The position numbers and the translations under genes are program-made. Positions 19,708 to 29,740 of a stretch of 64,000 nt of DNA are shown piece by piece. Each line of letters begins with the position of its first letter. The first letter of the stretch is position 1. The DNA is taken from positions 1,536,001 through 1,600,000 of the forward strand of contig OZ244170.1 in NCBI GenBank assembly GCA_965216565.1. Direction: 5' to 3'. This DNA comes from Bythopirellula sp. GTDB lineage: Bacteria; Planctomycetota; Planctomycetia; Pirellulales; Lacipirellulaceae. A model generated the notes under the pieces. It was not told where the DNA came from and searched no databases. It saw only the letters and a program-made list of their open reading frames with translations.

Positions 19708-21276
19708 ATGGCAGACAGAAGATCGAATGAAGGCCGACGAAACGGTTTCGAGCGACGTTCGCGACGCGACAAGCAGCGCGACGGATACGAAACAACGGCT
19801 GTAGTTGAAATCACAACCTCAGAATTGCGCGTTGCCATACTCGAGCAACGCGGCAACGACTCGCCAGATCTAGTCCAGGCTTCCACGACCAACTGGAAGG
19901 ATGCCTCTACCTCGTTCAATTCTGAAGAAGGAATGCGAGAGCTATCCGAGGCGCTCAGCACTCTAGTTGAAGAGCACTCATTGCAGACCGCCGGATTCCA
20001 TTTCGTGCTCGGTGGTGAGCTTTGCGTCACTAAGACAGTGCGAGGCAGCTCTGAAGAAGTGCGTGACGAACTGCGTAAGATCGAAGAACGCAGCCGGCTG
20101 TATCTTTCTTTGGGCCCTGGCGAAAAAGTGATGGTCAGCAACAAGCAGGCAATCGATGCCCGTCACGATTATGCCGTGGCTGCGGTTTGCAACCAACGAA
20201 CGCTCAATAACATCCATGCCGCAGCAACCAGCGCTGGCATCGAGGCTGTCTCGATCGAACCAGCCCTAGTGTCAGTCAATCGAGCCGTCAGTCGGCTCCC
20301 CGACACGCCCTCCGAACCCTATCTCATGATGCACGTCGATGGCGAAGCCGTAGAAGTAGGAGTCTGCCACGAAGGCAAACTGCTACTTGAGTTTCGACCC
20401 GCAGGCCGCGGAGAGAGTTCAGATATCGGGGAAGTACTCCATACACACTTGAGCAGACTCAAACGACACGCAGGACGGGTACTTCGCTCGGCGCCTCCGA
20501 AGCTCAATATCGTCTATTTGTGCGGCGATCAGGATTCTGTCCAACAGACGCTTCGTAGGTTCGAGAGCCACAAAGAATTTCAAGTACGAGTCATTGCACC
20601 GAGTAGGATCCAAGCAACGTGGGAGATGGCTCAGGAAGTGGAAGGATCAGCCATAGTCCCCGCATTGGGAAGGTTGCTCTGTTCGTATTTACCAAAGAAC
20701 GAACATGCCGCTCCCAATTTCATGAAACATATTATCGCAAGCACGAGAGACCCAGTCGGCCCCATAATTGTCCGTAGCCTCATCCCCTTAGCAGCAGTGC
20801 TGTTAGTGGCGGTGGCTGGATTTCTCTTCAATTGGCAGCAAAGTGGGCAGGTCGCCGTATTGCAGACCCAGCTCGATGAGCTGGAAGGAGCGAAAGCGAG
20901 GCATCGCGAGCTTCGACTCAAACTAACTTCCATCGAGCAAAAGGTGAAACAACAGAAGCGTCTGCTTTCGGCGCTGAAAACAACTTCTAGTAGTCATTTA
21001 GTCCAGCGGGTCGGTCATTGCATGCCCAGTGACGTTTGGCTCAATGATTTGACCATCGTCGAGATGAATACGATTAAGCTCTCGGGGAGTTCGCTCTTGG
21101 AGTCCGGCGTATTCGATTTTACCGAATGGCTAGACCAAGCACCTGAGTTCAACGATGTGGCGTTAAAAAGCACCTCACCGGGAAATTCTCCGTCGGGACC
21201 CATCGTTGACTTTAATTTAGAGATAAACTTTGACGGTAGTGTCGATACCGTAAAGGAGGTAGCTAGTAATGAGTGA
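19708..21276 (+). CDS. PilM-PilN-like fusion (GspL architecture)
   Basis: An N-terminal PilM-like region (VEITTSELRV...VYLCG), one TM helix, a coiled coil, then PilN-like MPSDVWLNDL..IKLSG. Confidence 0.75.
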   Translation: MADRRSNEGRRNGFERRSRRDKQRDGYETTAVVEITTSELRVAILEQRGNDSPDLVQASTTNWKDASTSFNSEEGMRELSEALSTLVEEHSLQTAGFHFVLGGELCVTKTVRGSSEEVRDELRKIEERSRLYLSLGPGEKVMVSNKQAIDARHDYAVAAVCNQRTLNNIHAAATSAGIEAVSIEPALVSVNRAVSRLPDTPSEPYLMMHVDGEAVEVGVCHEGKLLLEFRPAGRGESSDIGEVLHTHLSRLKRHAGRVLRSAPPKLNIVYLCGDQDSVQQTLRRFESHKEFQVRVIAPSRIQATWEMAQEVEGSAIVPALGRLLCSYLPKNEHAAPNFMKHIIASTRDPVGPIIVRSLIPLAAVLLVAVAGFLFNWQQSGQVAVLQTQLDELEGAKARHRELRLKLTSIEQKVKQQKRLLSALKTTSSSHLVQRVGHCMPSDVWLNDLTIVEMNTIKLSGSSLLESGVFDFTEWLDQAPEFNDVALKSTSPGNSPSGPIVDFNLEINFDGSVDTVKEVASNE

Positions 21277-21880
21277 ATCAGCCTTATATGCCTTTTGTGA
21301 TAGCAAATATCGCAAAATTATCGTTGCAATCGTTACCAGCGTGATTGGACTAGCGCTGCTACTGCCGTTAACCGATGAGTATTCTGACATTAGCGATAGT
21401 CGTGCGGCTCTCGCGGAAGAATTGTATCAGGCACAGGAAATAGAACGCAATTTACCCGAGTTTGAAGAGCAGGCTGCCAAGTACGTTGCCAGTGCTAAGG
21501 ATTGGGAAAAGCTGACGATCACCGAGGAATCGCTGACTGGTTATCGTGATGCGTTGCTGGAAACGGTGCGAAATTCTGGTTGTCAAATTAGAAGCTTGGA
21601 GGCCTCTCAGCCGACGAGTCGGACTTGGCTAAAGAAGGACGACCCACTGAGCAAAGAGGCGCCGCCGAAAAAAGTAAAGAAGACCCCGTTCAAATTAGAA
21701 AAACGTGTGCTTACCCTGCTCGTCGATGGCGACATGGTGAGTATCACAAAGCTACTTGAGAAGATTGGAAAAAGCGAGCAAGCGGTATTTCCTCATCGTG
21801 TGAAACTGAATTCAGCGAATGGCCGAGGAAACACCACAACCTTAGAAATGAATCTATGGTTATTTGCGCTAACTCGCTGA
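21269..21880 (+). CDS. PilO/GspM-like alignment-complex protein
   Basis: Single N-terminal TM and coiled coil, positioned between the PilN-like gene and the secretin. Confidence 0.6.
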   Translation: MSESALYAFCDSKYRKIIVAIVTSVIGLALLLPLTDEYSDISDSRAALAEELYQAQEIERNLPEFEEQAAKYVASAKDWEKLTITEESLTGYRDALLETVRNSGCQIRSLEASQPTSRTWLKKDDPLSKEAPPKKVKKTPFKLEKRVLTLLVDGDMVSITKLLEKIGKSEQAVFPHRVKLNSANGRGNTTTLEMNLWLFALTR

Positions 21881-21943
21881 TTGTCGCTGCGTAGTTCCTA
21901 CTCGCGACGACAAGAATCGAATTGAAAGTGTCAGGGAGGACAC

Positions 21944-23845
21944 ATGCAGAGCACAAAGTGCTATCTGTGGCTTGATATAGTGTTGCGGAAGACCATGCTC
22001 TGCTTGCTGGTTTTTGCGACATTGCTGGTCTCGATTTCATCGAGTCCCTCTCTCTTTGCGCAACAGAGGGACGAAGATTCCCCTCTTGCTGCTATTCTCA
22101 ATAAGAAGGGCGATCTTTCCCTACAAGACACTTCCATGGAGAAGGCCCTTATTGCTATCGGTGCGACTTGGAATGTGAATGTCGTCGTCGGTAAAGACAT
22201 CCAAGGCACGATCAGCTGTGTGTATCATCAAACTCCACTGCATGAAGTTCTCGACGCCATTCTCCTTGCCAATGGCTACAGCTATCGAGCTGTGGGCGAC
22301 AGCATTGTCATCCAAAAGGCCACCGAAGTTGGCAGTGCGAATCCACTCTTCGAGTCGGCCGCCATTCCCATCGAAAACGGTGACCTGGGCGAAATTGTCG
22401 AAGCCACCCAACTTCTGATTAGCAAGCAAGGACAGGTCCGTTCGCTACCGTCCGCTCGAAGCGTGCTTGTCATCGATTACAAAGACCGTGTCGAATCGAT
22501 CAGACAGTTTATAGCGAAGATGGACGCGGCTGCCTTGCGTGCGACTTCACCTCAGCTTGGCGGTTCCTACAAACAACTAACGGTTGCCTACTTTCACACA
22601 CAATACATCCCCGTCGATAACGCCCGGGAACCCATTGCCTCGGTGCTGAGCCAGTTGGGCCGGGTCTCTACAATGCCTTTGGAAAACCGGCTGGTCGTGG
22701 TCGACTATGCAGCAAACATTGACGTGGTGCGTAAGGTGCTAGAGAAGATCGACCGCCCACGTCCCCAGGTGAGAATCACTGCTCTGATCTACGATATCAG
22801 TTTGAAAGACGCCGAGAAGCTGGGCGTAAACTGGGACCATGACGCTAAAGGTAGAAATCTCGACGCTAGTGGCGACGCGCAACAGGTGTTGAGTTTCGAT
22901 AGCACGACAGTGGCCCCGTTTGCCACGGGATCCTCGGGCGGAACGATGACCTTCAAGAGCCTGACCCGTAATTTCGACCTCAACGCCGTCGCACTACTGC
23001 TCCAGACGGCAGGTGACTCGCGTTTGCTTGCCGACCCGAACGTCACTGTTGTGGACAACGAAACCGCTGAATGGCGGAGTGTATCGGAAATACCCTTCCA
23101 GCAAATCACTCAGTCGGAATTGGGTGGCCAGATTGGTACGACGGCGTTCAAGCCGGTTGGTATCACATTGCGAGTCAAAGCGACAATTGCCGCCGATCAA
23201 ACTATTGAAATGCTCGTCGAACCCGAATTCAGCCGGCTTGCCGGATTCACCGAAGGCGATGGTCAACCCATTGTCGACACCCGAAGTGCCACTACCGTCG
23301 TCCGTATTGCCAATCGCCAAACCCTGGTCATCGGCGGGCTGCGACAGCGTAGCGATACAGGTGATTTCAATGGAATTCCAGGACTCAAAGACATCAAGTA
23401 TCTGGGGAATCTGTTCCGCTCTCGTGATACAACCGTTCAAGAGAGCGAATTGATCGTCTTTATCATGCCCGAGATCGTCGATTACGATCAGGACAGCCAT
23501 CACCGCGAGTACATGGCGGAAGAAACTATCGGCTGCCGATTGGCTAGCATCCCCAAGGCCGAAGGGTGCAACACCGGCGGTTGCTCCGGGGCATTCCCGT
23601 CCGACCGTCTGCTTCAATTGCCTAGTGTCGACTCCGGTGTGCCAGCCTACATGACTTCTCAATATGAAGAGAAGGAAGCATCGCCAAATAGCGAGCGTCT
23701 CATCTTCAGGGAACCGTTCGAAGATCGCTATCGGGCGCGTGGAGGATTCGAATCTCCCAAGCAGCGCGTACCAGAGACGGCAAGCAACCCGCGTGCAAAG
23801 AAGAGCGCTAAGCGAAGCTACCTGGAACGGATGTTCGGGTCGTAG
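21944..23845 (+). CDS. Secretin (GspD/PilQ family)
   Basis: Signal peptide, STN-like domain, N domains, IDRPRPQVRITALI, LADPNVTVVDN, VGITLRV, TLVIGGL, GIPGLKDI..LGNLFRS and ELIVFI.P. Confidence 0.92.
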   Translation: MQSTKCYLWLDIVLRKTMLCLLVFATLLVSISSSPSLFAQQRDEDSPLAAILNKKGDLSLQDTSMEKALIAIGATWNVNVVVGKDIQGTISCVYHQTPLHEVLDAILLANGYSYRAVGDSIVIQKATEVGSANPLFESAAIPIENGDLGEIVEATQLLISKQGQVRSLPSARSVLVIDYKDRVESIRQFIAKMDAAALRATSPQLGGSYKQLTVAYFHTQYIPVDNAREPIASVLSQLGRVSTMPLENRLVVVDYAANIDVVRKVLEKIDRPRPQVRITALIYDISLKDAEKLGVNWDHDAKGRNLDASGDAQQVLSFDSTTVAPFATGSSGGTMTFKSLTRNFDLNAVALLLQTAGDSRLLADPNVTVVDNETAEWRSVSEIPFQQITQSELGGQIGTTAFKPVGITLRVKATIAADQTIEMLVEPEFSRLAGFTEGDGQPIVDTRSATTVVRIANRQTLVIGGLRQRSDTGDFNGIPGLKDIKYLGNLFRSRDTTVQESELIVFIMPEIVDYDQDSHHREYMAEETIGCRLASIPKAEGCNTGGCSGAFPSDRLLQLPSVDSGVPAYMTSQYEEKEASPNSERLIFREPFEDRYRARGGFESPKQRVPETASNPRAKKSAKRSYLERMFGS

Positions 23846-24045
23846 CGTTTGGGTGTTTTCTAACCTTATCAACTCTTCATAATTCTTCACTAAGCTATAG
23901 ATGGTGAAGGACGCGAATTCTCTTCTCATCTTGGCTCCCGAGATTCTCAGCACGTCGGCCAACAAAGCCGCCGAGCAAGGAATGTGCTACACTTTGGCGG
24001 AGAATTCTCCATAATCCCCGCCCAAGATTCTAGAGAGCGTTCTAG

Positions 24046-24564
24046 GTGATGAGTCAGAAGCTAAAACTAAATTGGTATCTACTATTGCTGTCATGCTGCC
24101 TGGTCGTTTCGGGCTGCGATTCGGCTTCGAACTCATCCGGCACATCGGAGTCTGAGGGCCCCGAGCTCATCAGCAGTGGCCAAGAGCAAGATCAGACATC
24201 TCCCGAAGCTAGTACGAACCCCGAGTCCGCAGACTCCGATCCCAATAATGGCGATTCTTCTGCAGAAGACTCGGACGAGCCTCAAGCCTACAAGCCACCA
24301 TTTCCGGATCGAGTCGACCTGTTCCTCCCTCCTAAACGTGGGGCAAAATCGATTGCCCAAGGACGCAAAGAGGGAGAAAGCGCTGTTCAACTACTGGGAT
24401 TCTCAAACGTCAACGAGGCCCTAGTCGTACTTTCCATTGACGGCTATGTGTACCCAGTGGCCGAAGGCGAAAGAAAATCGGGGATCGAAGTTGTCTCCAT
24501 TAAGCCACCAGCGGTAGTCTTGCAGCGCGGTCGGCAAGTGTGGCAGGCATCGCTGGAGAACTAG
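24046..24564 (+). CDS. Lipoprotein, PilP/GspC-HR-like
   Basis: Lipobox VSG|C, a disordered linker, DLF.PP, then a small beta domain (VQLLGF...VVSI..PAVVL). Confidence 0.65.
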   Translation: MMSQKLKLNWYLLLLSCCLVVSGCDSASNSSGTSESEGPELISSGQEQDQTSPEASTNPESADSDPNNGDSSAEDSDEPQAYKPPFPDRVDLFLPPKRGAKSIAQGRKEGESAVQLLGFSNVNEALVVLSIDGYVYPVAEGERKSGIEVVSIKPPAVVLQRGRQVWQASLEN

Positions 24565-24594
24565 GCGACAGAATTCTTCGCGACCTGCGAGATT

Positions 24595-26241
24595 CTAGTT
24601 CCCAGCCGAGTCCCAAGGACTCGCCGGGCTTGCCGCAACTACAGGCATCAGCTCCGCATCTTCTTCTGCCACACGTTCTGGTAGACTTCGGCGCTGAATC
24701 TGAATTTCAGCAGCTACGTAGCGGAAGTTCAAAAGTAAAACAATCGCAGCAATCGCCGGCAAGACAAAGATCAGAACCCCTGCTTCGAAAGACGAAGAAA
24801 AGCCCGAGGTACCTGCTGCTTCGATTAACGTCCAAAACGGATTCACTCCATGCAACAACGAATAAGTATCGCCCCGTCCGAAAGCGTTGGACATGAGAGT
24901 GATGGCTTGCGGAATTCCACAGGCCATCAGCAGTAGAATCACATGGATCAATGAACCTGCCGTCATCGATATGAAGAAGTACTTACGCAGAATCGCGATC
25001 AGCAGGTGCCCGATTCCGAGGAATACAACAACATAGCACCAAGCAAACAATACGAAGTAGATCGCTTGCACTTGGCTGACTCTTCCCCACAGAATCGGCC
25101 CGGCCACGGCGAGCAAGATCATGGCAGCACCAGCAATGGCTGTTAGATTCGCAACGGCGAACATATAGCCCGTCGCCGGTCCAGGATTGAACCAGGTAAG
25201 TAAGATTTGTCCCAACTTGCTTTGGGGCAGACTCCTCTGTACTCGTCGTGAGAGATGAGGCCATTCACTCGTCAAGAATGAACCCATAGCAAGCCAATAC
25301 CCGGATGCAATGGTCATCGAGACGATCGCCGTACGAAGAAGAGCCCTTTGACTCGGATCGACAATCGGAATCACGGACATCCACCCCACAAAACACGCTT
25401 GCTGCAGCATCATAAATCGACGCAGTGGACTGGATCGATTCTCACTGGGAAAAGCTATCTGGGCTGCAGCCGCCGCATGACACAATAGGAAGGTGGTAAT
25501 GTATAGCGTCAGCAGGGCGGCTCCTACCCACCAAAACTCTCGGCTACGGATGATCGTATCGCTCTCTTCGATAAAGCTATAAGCCAGCCCCACACTTGGC
25601 ATAAAGCTGGAGAATAGTGCCACCACCACCAGCACGCTCGTCAAAGCTTGTGTATGGCGTGCTTTTGCCAGTGTGCCGATCAATAGTGCTACCATCGATT
25701 CGCCTAGTGAGACGACAAAGAAGATCGTCAACAGAATCGCCACCAACAGCATATCGACGCCACGCAAAATAAACGTAAAGGCGATGCAAGGGCTCACAGC
25801 GCTCAAATAAACCAGCATCTGCACCAGGGCACTGCCGAGTTTGCCGGTGACAATTTGTTGAGCCGATAGGGATGTAATCGAAAGCAAATCGTACGTATTA
25901 TCTTCCTGCTCTGCGGCAATCGATCGATAGGCGGAGTACGGCACAACCACCATCAGTGGAAAAGCGAGAATCGCGCAGTAAACGAACAACATCCGATCGC
26001 CAGAGGCCACGAAAAATACCTCGGGACCCACGATTCCAAAGACGGCAAACGTTGAGATCCAGCAAGCCAGCAGTGTGACCATAAAAGTCAGAACAAACTG
26101 CCGACTCTTTAAAGCCTGACGCGTTTCTTTGATCAAAATCGGATTGAAGCGTTCGACACTCGCCAGCAGCCACAGTTCAGCACGTTGCCACCAACTGCCG
26201 AGAGTGTCCATGATCGTGTTTTCTCCAGAGCTCACACTCAT
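24595..26241 (-). CDS. ABC transporter permease (multi-TM)
   Basis: Motifs NPILIKETRQALKS and AEQEDNTYDLLSITSLS..QIV.GKL. It is coupled to the ATPase gene. Confidence 0.8.
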   Translation of the reverse strand: MSVSSGENTIMDTLGSWWQRAELWLLASVERFNPILIKETRQALKSRQFVLTFMVTLLACWISTFAVFGIVGPEVFFVASGDRMLFVYCAILAFPLMVVVPYSAYRSIAAEQEDNTYDLLSITSLSAQQIVTGKLGSALVQMLVYLSAVSPCIAFTFILRGVDMLLVAILLTIFFVVSLGESMVALLIGTLAKARHTQALTSVLVVVALFSSFMPSVGLAYSFIEESDTIIRSREFWWVGAALLTLYITTFLLCHAAAAAQIAFPSENRSSPLRRFMMLQQACFVGWMSVIPIVDPSQRALLRTAIVSMTIASGYWLAMGSFLTSEWPHLSRRVQRSLPQSKLGQILLTWFNPGPATGYMFAVANLTAIAGAAMILLAVAGPILWGRVSQVQAIYFVLFAWCYVVVFLGIGHLLIAILRKYFFISMTAGSLIHVILLLMACGIPQAITLMSNAFGRGDTYSLLHGVNPFWTLIEAAGTSGFSSSFEAGVLIFVLPAIAAIVLLLNFRYVAAEIQIQRRSLPERVAEEDAELMPVVAASPASPWDSAGN

Positions 26242-27185
26242 TGCACGCGCCCCTCCGTGACATGCAGAAACACGTCTTCCAGGCTCTTGTTCTCACTGGC
26301 AAATTCCAAAACGGCGAAGCCAGCCTGGACAATCTCACTAAGCAGCTCCGCCTGTTGCTCAGGCCCCCCATCGTGGGTCAGCATCACACGCTGACCATCG
26401 ACTAAGACGTCTCTGACATCCTCCCTTTCGGCAAACCAATTCAGCAGAGGCTCGCATTCGCCGAGCAGTCGCAGGCTGACGCGGCTAAATGTTTCGCTAC
26501 GCTTGCTAATCTCTTCCACAGTGCCCACGGCAAGTAGTTGCCCCGTTTCTATAATGGCAACCTTGTCGCAGATCTCTGCCAGCTCGGTAAGAATGTGGGA
26601 GCTAATCAGCACTGCCTTGCCTAACTCCGCTAGCTGCGAAATCATATCGCGCAATTCGATGCGAGCGCGTGGATCGAGCCCCGCGGCTGGCTCGTCGAGA
26701 ATTAGCACTGCGGGATTGTGAATCATGGTTCGACCCAGACTCAGCCGCTGCTTCATCCCCTTGGATAGCCCATTCACCGGCTTCTTCGCCAAGGCATCGA
26801 GTCCCGTGAACTCCATCACCATGTCAATCGCCTGCTGACGCTCGGTGCCCCACAGACCGTATGCACGGGCGAAGAAATCCAGATACTCCGTCACGTCGAC
26901 ATTTTCATAGGTCCCAAAATAGTCTGGCATAAAGCCCAGTCGTTTACGCACGCGGTCGGGATCATCGACAACCGAGAAACCATCGACAAAGGCATCCCCG
27001 TACGTCGGTTCATCGAGGGTCGCTAGTATTCGCATACTCGTGGTCTTACCCGCTCCGTTCGGGCCGATGTAGCCGAATACTTCCCCAGCGTGGACCTGGA
27101 AACTCATATCGTAGACGGCACGAGTGTCGCCAAAATAACGGTGCAAATTGCGGAGCTCAATCAGTGGTCGGGCAGCGTCAATCAT
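26238..27185 (-). CDS. ABC transporter ATP-binding protein
   Basis: Motifs [28 protein letters not shown] and ISSHIL. Confidence 0.95.
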   Translation of the reverse strand: MIDAARPLIELRNLHRYFGDTRAVYDMSFQVHAGEVFGYIGPNGAGKTTSMRILATLDEPTYGDAFVDGFSVVDDPDRVRKRLGFMPDYFGTYENVDVTEYLDFFARAYGLWGTERQQAIDMVMEFTGLDALAKKPVNGLSKGMKQRLSLGRTMIHNPAVLILDEPAAGLDPRARIELRDMISQLAELGKAVLISSHILTELAEICDKVAIIETGQLLAVGTVEEISKRSETFSRVSLRLLGECEPLLNWFAEREDVRDVLVDGQRVMLTHDGGPEQQAELLSEIVQAGFAVLEFASENKSLEDVFLHVTEGRVQ

Positions 27186-29265
27186 ATTGCCAGACTCCCT
27201 TCACCACATGAAAACTGTGGTTCTCCTGGACGGATTCGAGTCCCAACTCGACTTCTATCCCTGTCGCGGTGATGGCAACATAAGTTTGCTTGGCCCATTC
27301 CTTCGAGGTCAAAGTTCCGATCGCCTTGATTTGGGTTTCTAAGAGACCTTGGTCAAGTCGCAGTTGATTGTCCGTGCGACGTCCGCGGATGTCGCCCCCC
27401 GCAGGGAAGATGGGCTCGTTCTCTAGGAACTGCTCGCGAATGACCTTCGATACGTCAGAACAACCTGTTGGATTCAACATCATCGAGGCTCCGTCCTTGA
27501 AGCCAGTGGCAAGATAGTACTGGCCCGCTTCGTCTCGAATTGCCAAATAGAGACATTCAACGCCCAGATTGTTGGTCACTTTGAGTTGCTCTTCGTTCTT
27601 AGAAATACGCAGACGATTCTCAGTGGCGCGAGCAGTAATGGACAAGTATTGCGTGGGAGTCCGCGATGGCAGCCATCCTTCAGTAAAACGGGCCTCGGGC
27701 TCGTCCAATTCCACCTCTCGCCACTGATTGGCGTAGCGTCGTATCGTACGGCGATTCGTGGAAGCCGGCAAAATCGGATAAACGGCCGTATCATTTGGCA
27801 CCGAAAGCCCCTCCGACGGAGCGACACCGGCGTAGTACGAAAGTCTCGCCCAGCTGGAAGCTTCACTAGCTGGCTGATCGAGAAACGTAAAGCTTCGAGC
27901 ACGAACGCGCGTGCCGACGCCCTCGGAGAGAAACCCATAAGCAAAGAGCAGGAACGTCGTCGCCAACGCTGCCGCGGGAACCGTGGCCAGGAGCATCGGT
28001 ATTTTGCCGCTCCGCTTCAGCAGCCAATAGTTCAGCGGACCAATGCCAAGCACAAAAAGAGTAATCAAAAACTGAAACTCAAAGACAGGGGCCAAACCGA
28101 CATCGGGAATCAGGAAATTATTAAAATCCAAGTTGGAGTTCGCAGGGTCGTTGCCATGCCGCCTGGGCCAATACAGCCGCTCGGAGAGCATCGACATATC
28201 GATTTGTCCCTGCACATCGTAATCGAAGTGTCCCTTGAATAGCGTTACCGTCCCTAACCCATACGACCGTGAAATAAAGAATTCGAAAGAGTCTTGGTCA
28301 TCGCTTCTGCCAACCTCGATACCGCCAATGTTCGTTGGTTTGATTCCCCCGTCCGTGTCCGACGTTAATCGGAGCAAGGCATCGATGCCACGTGTTTCGG
28401 CACCTTCTAGCGGCAAGGCTTGCCATCGTACACGAGAGTCTTGGACTTCTTTCAGACCGAGTTGTTGGTTAATCATCGAAAGAGCTTCGTAGCTGTCGCT
28501 TCCTGCAACGAACCATAGATTGCCACCAGCACGAACCCAACGCAGCAACGCACGTTTGCTGTCCGGGTAACTACTGCCCAAAGCCTGTAGTTCCTTGGGA
28601 GTCAACACGGCCACATCAGCTGTCGAGAGCTCAGTCCACCTAGTCGGGAATTCCTCCAGAAGCACCTCATCGATTCGCTCGGAGTTGAGATACTTAGTCC
28701 TTGCACGGGACCAGTTTCGCTTTATCCCAACCGGCAGGCCAACGGCAGATATCAAGTAATTGTTTGCTGAGTGGCTGAACGTCGCATCTCGAAAACTCAA
28801 CTCTTCGTCTTTCACGCCATCGACCCATACCTCCCAATCGATCCTGTCCCAATGCAAAAACTGGGGAACGGTTAGATTTGCTGAAGCAGCTGATGTCCCT
28901 TGCTGCAGCTCAAAATCTTTCTCCACTGAGATCGAGGTGGAACGGTTATAGCCAGATCGCGCAGAAAATCGAAAAGTGATCTGCCGATCTGCTGGGACCG
29001 GAGTCGCGGCAGAAACCGTAACGCCCACGCGACGAAACCCGCGCTCGCCAACACCTCTTGTATCAACCTCAATCTTCAATCCAGATTTCGTTGAAAAACC
29101 AGGATTAGCATTATTCACAGGTCGACCTGCGCCAGGCACATTCCGCGGGAAAGGCCAGATGTTCTTGTCGCCAGTTCCCGCGCTGGCAAATGAGAGATCG
29201 AATAAAGCAAAGCAGAAACACAGTCCTACGACTGCCAGGGTATCTTTCCACTTTCGAATCTGCAT
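27178..29265 (-). CDS. Exported/membrane hypothetical protein associated with the ABC module
   Basis: Signal peptide, WVRAGG, YGLG.V and two internal TM helices (LFVLGIGPLNY). It overlaps the ATPase start. Confidence 0.7.
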   Translation of the reverse strand: MQIRKWKDTLAVVGLCFCFALFDLSFASAGTGDKNIWPFPRNVPGAGRPVNNANPGFSTKSGLKIEVDTRGVGERGFRRVGVTVSAATPVPADRQITFRFSARSGYNRSTSISVEKDFELQQGTSAASANLTVPQFLHWDRIDWEVWVDGVKDEELSFRDATFSHSANNYLISAVGLPVGIKRNWSRARTKYLNSERIDEVLLEEFPTRWTELSTADVAVLTPKELQALGSSYPDSKRALLRWVRAGGNLWFVAGSDSYEALSMINQQLGLKEVQDSRVRWQALPLEGAETRGIDALLRLTSDTDGGIKPTNIGGIEVGRSDDQDSFEFFISRSYGLGTVTLFKGHFDYDVQGQIDMSMLSERLYWPRRHGNDPANSNLDFNNFLIPDVGLAPVFEFQFLITLFVLGIGPLNYWLLKRSGKIPMLLATVPAAALATTFLLFAYGFLSEGVGTRVRARSFTFLDQPASEASSWARLSYYAGVAPSEGLSVPNDTAVYPILPASTNRRTIRRYANQWREVELDEPEARFTEGWLPSRTPTQYLSITARATENRLRISKNEEQLKVTNNLGVECLYLAIRDEAGQYYLATGFKDGASMMLNPTGCSDVSKVIREQFLENEPIFPAGGDIRGRRTDNQLRLDQGLLETQIKAIGTLTSKEWAKQTYVAITATGIEVELGLESVQENHSFHVVKGVWQYD

Positions 29266-29302
29266 CTAAACTCTCAGGTCAGTAAATTGCAAAGGGCAAG
29301 AA

Positions 29303-29599
29303 CTATTCTGACTGTCCACCTGTCTCAACTTGCTCGACCTGTTCGTCCGGGCTCCTTTGAATGCCTCCCTGACTTGTCAGAGCCGGCACCTGTTGAGGGC
29401 TGATGACTCGCGCAAGAAGGCCAATGATTCCGTAGAACACAGCATGAACGAAAAGACATACAGGGATACTTGCGACGGCAATCGTTACACCTGCCGCCCA
29501 AGCTTTACCTTGGAACGCTTGTCCAGCGACGACAAAAATGACCGTACTCACGGAAAGCAAAGTCAAAATCGTCTTCAGGGAAAATCTCGGCAACAGCAT
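29303..29599 (-). CDS. Small membrane hypothetical protein
   Basis: PRFSLKTIL N-terminus and two hydrophobic helices. It is co-oriented with the ABC operon. Confidence 0.65.
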   Translation of the reverse strand: MLLPRFSLKTILTLLSVSTVIFVVAGQAFQGKAWAAGVTIAVASIPVCLFVHAVFYGIIGLLARVISPQQVPALTSQGGIQRSPDEQVEQVETGGQSE

Positions 29600-29740
29600 A
29601 GTCGTTTTTAGTGGAAAAAGGACGATTCAAATAGCGATCGAAAGGGCCAGCACTGTCCCGGTAAGTGCCCGCCCGGTAGGATGACAACGTCAATTTGGAC
29701 TAACTATTTATATCGATCCTGACTCAAACAATTCGTTGCC

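Noticed and set aside
22994..23965. 323-aa ORF antisense to the secretin
   Set aside because: It is a shadow ORF of a conserved gene with no domain features.
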